The notes under the pieces were generated by a model. The model was not told the DNA's origin, did no database searches, and was given only the letters and a program-made list of their open reading frames with translations. Below, in pieces: positions 58,342-64,000 of a stretch of 64,000 bases of DNA (position 1 is its first letter; each line of letters begins with the position of its first letter). Made by a program: the position numbers and the translations under genes. The stretch is from Patescibacteria group bacterium (GTDB lineage Bacteria > Patescibacteriota > Minisyncoccia > Phycocordibacterales > CAIZLB01): assembly GCA_040384445.1 (NCBI GenBank), contig JAZKJG010000001.1, positions 249,483 through 313,482 of the forward strand, read 5' to 3'.

Positions 58342-61278
58342 CTACAACCCCAAAGCCTCCTTTGTCTTCTCTCCAACCACACCCCACCCTGTGGTTATTG
58401 GAGTTCCAGAGCAGATAATATTCTTGTCACATTGATATTTCTTGACTGCATTCTCTGTCTCGATACCGAAGTATGTTGTTTCGGTTTGTGCAGAGGCTGG
58501 GACTTTGAGAGATGATCCATAGGGTGAGAAGTATCCCAGAGATCGAAGTTTTGTTCTCATGAGCTTGACGTTTTGATTGGAGTCACCAAGTTTGAGTGTA
58601 GAACCAGATGATGTGATGGATGATGGAGCACGAGAGTTAGACAGCTTGTTTATAAAGGCACGAGTGATGAACCCAAAGTAGCCTTGTGATGGCGTAATCT
58701 TGTAAAATCTTTGGAATTTAATGAGAGCAGCACGAGTTGCTGGACCAAAGTAGGTTGATTCTTTAGTTGGTGATCCGTTTCCAGTTTGAGCAACAACAAA
58801 ACCATGAGTATTCAGAAATTGTTGGAGTTTTTTCACATCATTCTGTGTCATACCTAGTTTTAAGTCGCGAGTGAAGGTGTATGAAGGAGATTGAGTTGTG
58901 GTAGAAGATGATGAGACGTTCATCGCAATCAAAGACGGTGTTCCTGTTGTTGTGGCAGTCTGTATGGTCACAGCAGCTGGAGCAACATATGATGACGATC
59001 CACCACCTGAAGTTACTGAAGAGACAGGTGTTGTAACAACAGGTGTAGTTGATGTTGTGGCTACAGTAGTTGTTGCTGGAGTAGTCACAGTTACTGCTGC
59101 TGTTGTGAAAGTTCTTTCTGTTGAAGTTGAGATATTACCTGCTGCGTCGCTTGATACGACAACAAAATAGTATGTGGTTACAGGAGCAAGATCAGTGAGC
59201 GTACGTGAGTGTTGTGATGTATATGTTTGAGATGATGAGGTTGTTGGATATAAAGTAGAAGTGGTTCCATAGGACACACGGGAGGTTGCACTTTCGTTTG
59301 TGTTCCATGTGACGGTTGCAGTTGCATCCGTGGTTGTTGAGGAGATATTGGTTAGGTTTGGAGAAGTAAGATCAGCACTAGGGGGTGCGCTATTAAAATA
59401 TCGATATCCCGCAGGTATAGCTTGATAATTTAAAACTGGATTATACGGATCAAATGGTGGCCATGCTAATGAACCAAAATACTCTGGCTTTGATGTTCTA
59501 AAAAGTGAATCTGGAAGAGCAACAGCTGTTGCTTCATTAGGATAAATGCCCAATCCTCTTCGGTAGTTTGCAAGGAGTAATGTTGTTGATGCAACATCGA
59601 GATCGAGTTCTTGAAATCCAGATGAACCTGGCCAGATGAGAAGCACGGAATCGAGTGGTGGCAGAACACCAGCAAATGCAGATGTATCGACATCTACAAC
59701 ATTTCCATTAATAGCAGTTACAAGCACTGTTTTGCTGAGGCTACCGTAATACACTATTAGTGCACCGCCTTGTGCAACCGTACCACTCGATAATGTGATT
59801 TGCCCTACAGTATCTGTAGTTCTTGCAGTTAATATTCCGGCAGTTGTAGGGGTTCCATCAGGATTTAGGTCTGCCCACCAATCTCCTACGCTTGGTTGCG
59901 CAGTACCTGACCATGCACCATTACCAATGTTTGGCTGACCATATGAATCACAGTTTCCAGTTGATGCAGCATTTCCAAAAATATTACCTATGACTGAGAA
60001 GTTTCGAGAGAATCGTTTCAAACTCATACAATACGTTTGCGTTTGAACCTCCGATCGATTTGATGCTGACAGACCAGCTGCTGTTAACCAGTTACGATAC
60101 ACGGTTGTTTCAGATTCTCCACCAAAGTACCCATCAGACATAAGGTTATGTGCAATGTTACCTTCAAAAAGATTGAATGTGTTGTGTGGGGCATGATTTG
60201 TATCAATACCAATTATTCCGGCTGCATTGTTAACAAAGTTATATGCAAACACATTACCTGACGATCCACCAAAATATTCAACATTTGGGAATGCCTCAAC
60301 AAAAATATTGTCTTCAAACAAACAGCCAGATATTGATGACGTAAGTAGCCCTGATCCATTACTTCCTGAATGATTAAGTTCACCAACATAACCTCCTCGC
60401 ATTTCACAATTCAATGAGTCTGAGAAATATACAGTGTAATTGGACATGTGTATTAACTTAACGTTTTTGATCCAACTATTATCTGTTTCGGAAAACCAAA
60501 TACCAAAAGCAACACTACCATTCTCTCCATCAGCAGTTAACTCCTCAACCCCCATGCCTTCTCCACGATAACCTGAGTATGTTACGTCAGCCCCTTCAGT
60601 TGTATAGTCATCATACAGTGCTGGAAAGAATGAGAGGGTTGAGCCGGTTTTTGCAGTGATTCGTACCATTTGAATTCTCATATGATCAAAACCTGATGTA
60701 CTGACAACTGGTAACGTAGGGTCGTTGTGTGCAGCAATTTTAATTACATCACCAACAGCATACGGAGATGTATCACTGACTGAAATTTGAGTACTGCCAC
60801 GTGTTAGTCCACTATTAATAGTGACGTATGGTTGATAACTTGCTTGTGATCCACCGTACATACAAACACTGGACCTACAATCAAGTATTGTGACGTCCAT
60901 ACCAGCACCTCGTACGGTAATAAAATCTCTGCTTGCACTAAGATTAAGAGCTAAATTTAATCTCCATGTACCAGCTGGAATATATACATAGGTATGTGGC
61001 AGCGCAGAATCAATTGCCGCCTGTATGAGTGGAGCAGCATTTGTTGAACCGTCCTTATACTCTGCTGCAGCATTTACAAGATCTGTACAAGCAGCAGTAT
61101 CACACTGAGTCCTATTAGTAGGAATACCTCCAACCACACCAACATTTACACCTGGTGTCCAATCAATTATATGATTGTCTGGAATAAGGCTTGGAGCAGG
61201 GTTTGCATCAATATTAAGTGTAAAATATCCTAAACCAAGAATAAATAGAAATAAATACGTGAGATGCGCTTTTTTCAT
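58342..61278 (-). CDS. Large secreted protein: pectin-lyase-like beta-helix + FN3 + Thr-rich linker + two peptidoglycan-binding domains
   Basis: IQAAID...VYIPAGTW; W.T.E.ATS.V.YG; DVKKLQQFLN...YFGPATRAAL..FQ. Confidence 0.82.
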   Translation of the reverse strand: MKKAHLTYLFLFILGLGYFTLNIDANPAPSLIPDNHIIDWTPGVNVGVVGGIPTNRTQCDTAACTDLVNAAAEYKDGSTNAAPLIQAAIDSALPHTYVYIPAGTWRLNLALNLSASRDFITVRGAGMDVTILDCRSSVCMYGGSQASYQPYVTINSGLTRGSTQISVSDTSPYAVGDVIKIAAHNDPTLPVVSTSGFDHMRIQMVRITAKTGSTLSFFPALYDDYTTEGADVTYSGYRGEGMGVEELTADGENGSVAFGIWFSETDNSWIKNVKLIHMSNYTVYFSDSLNCEMRGGYVGELNHSGSNGSGLLTSSISGCLFEDNIFVEAFPNVEYFGGSSGNVFAYNFVNNAAGIIGIDTNHAPHNTFNLFEGNIAHNLMSDGYFGGESETTVYRNWLTAAGLSASNRSEVQTQTYCMSLKRFSRNFSVIGNIFGNAASTGNCDSYGQPNIGNGAWSGTAQPSVGDWWADLNPDGTPTTAGILTARTTDTVGQITLSSGTVAQGGALIVYYGSLSKTVLVTAINGNVVDVDTSAFAGVLPPLDSVLLIWPGSSGFQELDLDVASTTLLLANYRRGLGIYPNEATAVALPDSLFRTSKPEYFGSLAWPPFDPYNPVLNYQAIPAGYRYFNSAPPSADLTSPNLTNISSTTTDATATVTWNTNESATSRVSYGTTSTLYPTTSSSQTYTSQHSRTLTDLAPVTTYYFVVVSSDAAGNISTSTERTFTTAAVTVTTPATTTVATTSTTPVVTTPVSSVTSGGGSSSYVAPAAVTIQTATTTGTPSLIAMNVSSSSTTTQSPSYTFTRDLKLGMTQNDVKKLQQFLNTHGFVVAQTGNGSPTKESTYFGPATRAALIKFQRFYKITPSQGYFGFITRAFINKLSNSRAPSSITSSGSTLKLGDSNQNVKLMRTKLRSLGYFSPYGSSLKVPASAQTETTYFGIETENAVKKYQCDKNIICSGTPITTGWGVVGEKTKEALGL

Positions 61279-61330
61279 ATTGGAAATATTTGTAGCTTTA
61301 TTTTACCACGCCTTACATAGGAAACAAATC

Positions 61331-61348
61331 GTTCACCACTTTACTACT
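61331..61348 (+). repeat. 18-bp exact direct repeat copy 2
   Basis: Identical to 58289-58306; contains the stop codon of 61344-62261. Confidence 0.92.
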
Positions 61349-62261
61349 CCTTATACTTCTGATCTATGTAGTGATATTTCACAAGGTCATGCATCCATGC
61401 ACACATTTCTTTAAACTTGCCTGTGTAGAGTACAGGACATCGTCGAATGACAAGAGAAGGGTCTTTTGCTTTTGGAGACGCGGCAGTATATTCATGTGCT
61501 TCTTTTATAAACCCTGGAGAAATTTTCAGCATTGGCCCAGTCTCATTGTATTCAATAATAAATTCTTCAGGAATCATTTTTGCAACAGGATCTTCAAAGT
61601 CTTCTTTCACACCTTCAGGAAATTCAAGAAGTTTATACGCGATCGAGATCGAAGGTGCTTGATTATTATTCATAAGTTGAGTCATGAGTGTTTGGAAGGA
61701 TGAATCCTGAAGCATATGTTCATACTCTTCTTCACTTGGTTCTAAACCTGTTACATTTTTAAACACTTTAGGTGCAACCTCAGCAAATCTTCCGTAGAGT
61801 AAAACCAAATCTGTAAATGAAGGAAATCCTAATCCTTTTCCCGCATTTCTATTCATATTCAAAAACGTAAACCTCATCAAGATTTGCTCTTCCCTATCTA
61901 ATTCTCCTCCGGCCATCATTTTAGCAGAAGTCTCATATGCCTTATCCCACATTGCTTGCTGATGCACACGTGCAAGCTCAATATATTTTTTTTCAAAATT
62001 AATCCAAAATTCTTCATCTAGTGGAATTTTTTCTCCCAACATTTCCTCTTCATTCATCCCCATAATCCCTTCCCATTCTTTTTCTATAATATGTCCTGCA
62101 ATAGCAAATGATTCATGTGTTAGTCCAGGCTCTTGAACTTCCCTAAATATATCAACATCTCCTTCTCCTTTTTTATATTCCACATACTGCCTAAAAGCAG
62201 TGTTGTCTATTGGTAGATTTGCGAGTCGTGCAAGTGTTTTCGGTTGTTCTGGTTTTTCCAT
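61344..62261 (-). CDS. Acidic hypothetical protein
   Basis: 305 aa ORF, TGaTATAAT 6 nt before ATG. Confidence 0.75.
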   Translation of the reverse strand: MEKPEQPKTLARLANLPIDNTAFRQYVEYKKGEGDVDIFREVQEPGLTHESFAIAGHIIEKEWEGIMGMNEEEMLGEKIPLDEEFWINFEKKYIELARVHQQAMWDKAYETSAKMMAGGELDREEQILMRFTFLNMNRNAGKGLGFPSFTDLVLLYGRFAEVAPKVFKNVTGLEPSEEEYEHMLQDSSFQTLMTQLMNNNQAPSISIAYKLLEFPEGVKEDFEDPVAKMIPEEFIIEYNETGPMLKISPGFIKEAHEYTAASPKAKDPSLVIRRCPVLYTGKFKEMCAWMHDLVKYHYIDQKYKE

Positions 62262-62324
62262 GGGTTTATTATATCAGTTTACTTTGATTCATATGCATCA
62301 CAAACCCAGATCGTTTGAAGTTCC

Positions 62325-64000
62325 TTAAATAGAAATATCAACCCCTTTTTGACCAATCACATTTCCATTCTTATCTTTTGCAACAAAGTTAATATTGTAT
62401 GGTCCATGACCTTTCCAATTCCAGTTTGTGAGATCAACTATTGCTTCCTTATGTGTACCTGCGTCATACATGTCATTATATCTATCTCCATCCACTTGCC
62501 AAAACATCACATAGTCAGATAACGATAATCCTGTCATATATGCTTTAAAAAATTGGACACCTGTTACATTTCCAGAAGGAGACATAATAGTCAGAGCTGG
62601 TGGAGCAACTGTGATTCCTGAAGTAACCGTTACACTACCTGCATTATCAACCCAGAGTTTATTTGTTGCCCATCCATTTGAGAATATACCAACTTTAACA
62701 GTGTAGGTACCAACTTTTTGCGGAGTAAATGTTATAGAATACTGCTTCGATTCACCTGTACCAAAAGTTTGGTTCTCAAACACATTTTGTGCAACTTTTT
62801 CACCAAATGAATTATACACCTCAATGTCTGCTAAAATATCAGAGACTGAACTTGCACTTCGGATCAAAGCATTGACTGTTACGGCCTGGGATACAGTACT
62901 TGTTGTAGAAGCAACGTTCACTATATACCCTTCAGCAGGAACAGGAGTATTTTCCACAACTGCTTTAACTGTAAATTGTTGCGCAACATCCTGCCACAGA
63001 AAATTCTTGGTCCAGTTGTAATTAAATACTCCTACTTTTACTTTATAATTTCCAGTTTGTGTAGGTGTCCAAGTTGTTGTAAATGATTTTGTTCCAAGTA
63101 TAGTTTGATTTTCATAAAACTTCTGAAAAACCTTTCTATCACTACTATCATAAATTTCTACATCAACAACAATATTACTTGCATTAGTTCCATTTGTTGA
63201 AATCTTTGTATCTACATTCACAGGAGTATTTACAAACAAATTTCCTGGAGGAACAGACGTAATTGCACTGAACACATGAGCGGTGGAACTTGCAGACAAA
63301 GAAATTGGAAATGTAGTGACAGTAGTAGTTCCAAACCACTTCTTCATTACAGGCTCTGCAAGTTTGTTTTGTGGAGTATAGTCTGGATCATTCGCTCCTC
63401 CTGCATCTGGCTTCGCATCCCAATTCCATACATGAATTCCATCTATATAACTTTTATCATTCCAGAAAGAAAATAAGGCTTCGTATAAATTTGCTTGAGC
63501 CTGTTGATTTAATCCATCAGTATGATGGTAATTTCCAGGATCAATATGAGTTCCGTTTGTACTTCTATATCCAACCTCAGTAAATACGATTGGTCTATTT
63601 ACCTTCTGCTGGAACGGTTTAATATCATACTCTTCAATTTGTGCCCAGTAATTTCTAAAATTCTCAACTGATGTTTCTGCATAATTTCCTCCCAGTGGAT
63701 AATACGCATCAATCCCAACCACATCTACGGCGTCCCAAAATGCAATTCTGTTTTTCTCATCTGCGAGTCCTGATCCCCAATTCGCAGCATACACAATTTT
63801 ACCAGTGTAAATTTTTCTCACTTCGGCAATAAGCGCTCTCCATGCGGGCGTATTTTGTACGTTGTGATCATGAGCAGTAAGTGCGATTAATTCAGTTCCA
63901 ATTATAAACTGCTCCGCACCTTGTGCTTGCGCTATTGCTGCATATCTTTTTATAAATGCACCATAATTCTCAAACCAGAGTGTCCTGTTTGCTGGATCTA
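62325..64000 (-). CDS. GH113-like glycoside hydrolase with C-terminal Ig-like repeats (start beyond right edge)
   Basis: Frame is open to the window end: FIIGTEL, YAANW, GIDAYYPL, FTEVGY, then two similar beta-sandwich repeats. Confidence 0.82.
   Translation of the reverse strand, partial: DPANRTLWFENYGAFIKRYAAIAQAQGAEQFIIGTELIALTAHDHNVQNTPAWRALIAEVRKIYTGKIVYAANWGSGLADEKNRIAFWDAVDVVGIDAYYPLGGNYAETSVENFRNYWAQIEEYDIKPFQQKVNRPIVFTEVGYRSTNGTHIDPGNYHHTDGLNQQAQANLYEALFSFWNDKSYIDGIHVWNWDAKPDAGGANDPDYTPQNKLAEPVMKKWFGTTTVTTFPISLSASSTAHVFSAITSVPPGNLFVNTPVNVDTKISTNGTNASNIVVDVEIYDSSDRKVFQKFYENQTILGTKSFTTTWTPTQTGNYKVKVGVFNYNWTKNFLWQDVAQQFTVKAVVENTPVPAEGYIVNVASTTSTVSQAVTVNALIRSASSVSDILADIEVYNSFGEKVAQNVFENQTFGTGESKQYSITFTPQKVGTYTVKVGIFSNGWATNKLWVDNAGSVTVTSGITVAPPALTIMSPSGNVTGVQFFKAYMTGLSLSDYVMFWQVDGDRYNDMYDAGTHKEAIVDLTNWNWKGHGPYNINFVAKDKNGNVIGQKGVDISI

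Overview
Low-GC bacterial chromosome segment that looks like a Patescibacteria/CPR (Parcubacteria-like) genome. This is inferred from the short dcw block mraZ-rsmH-ftsL-ftsI, the translation genes, a type IV pilin, a NusB-NUDIX fusion and the near absence of biosynthetic genes. The housekeeping backbone lies mostly on the minus strand and appears largely leaderless (TAnnnT 6-8 nt before ATG). It is interrupted by about 15 self-contained orphan-gene cassettes, each with a promoter, a C/U/A-rich leader, an ORF and a GC hairpin terminator. Four cassettes are bounded by direct repeats made of regulatory DNA: a 24 bp -35 region, 41 bp and 43 bp terminators, and an 18 bp SOS-box half-site. No integrase or transposase is present in the window. 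This promoter/terminator-repeat cassette system, with a G-to-C skew switch at many junctions, is my best candidate for an undescribed system. Other highlights: tRNA-Ser with the anomalous anticodon ACU; four promoter-preceded structured segments lacking convincing ORFs (candidate ncRNAs, one resembling 23S helix 69); a LexA/SOS box regulon (lexA, umuDC); a class Id-like RNR with the ATP-cone on NrdB; a twin-domain Cys-rich MazG-like protein; and a prephenate-dehydratase-fold protein lacking catalytic motifs. All calls were made by eye and no database searches were run.
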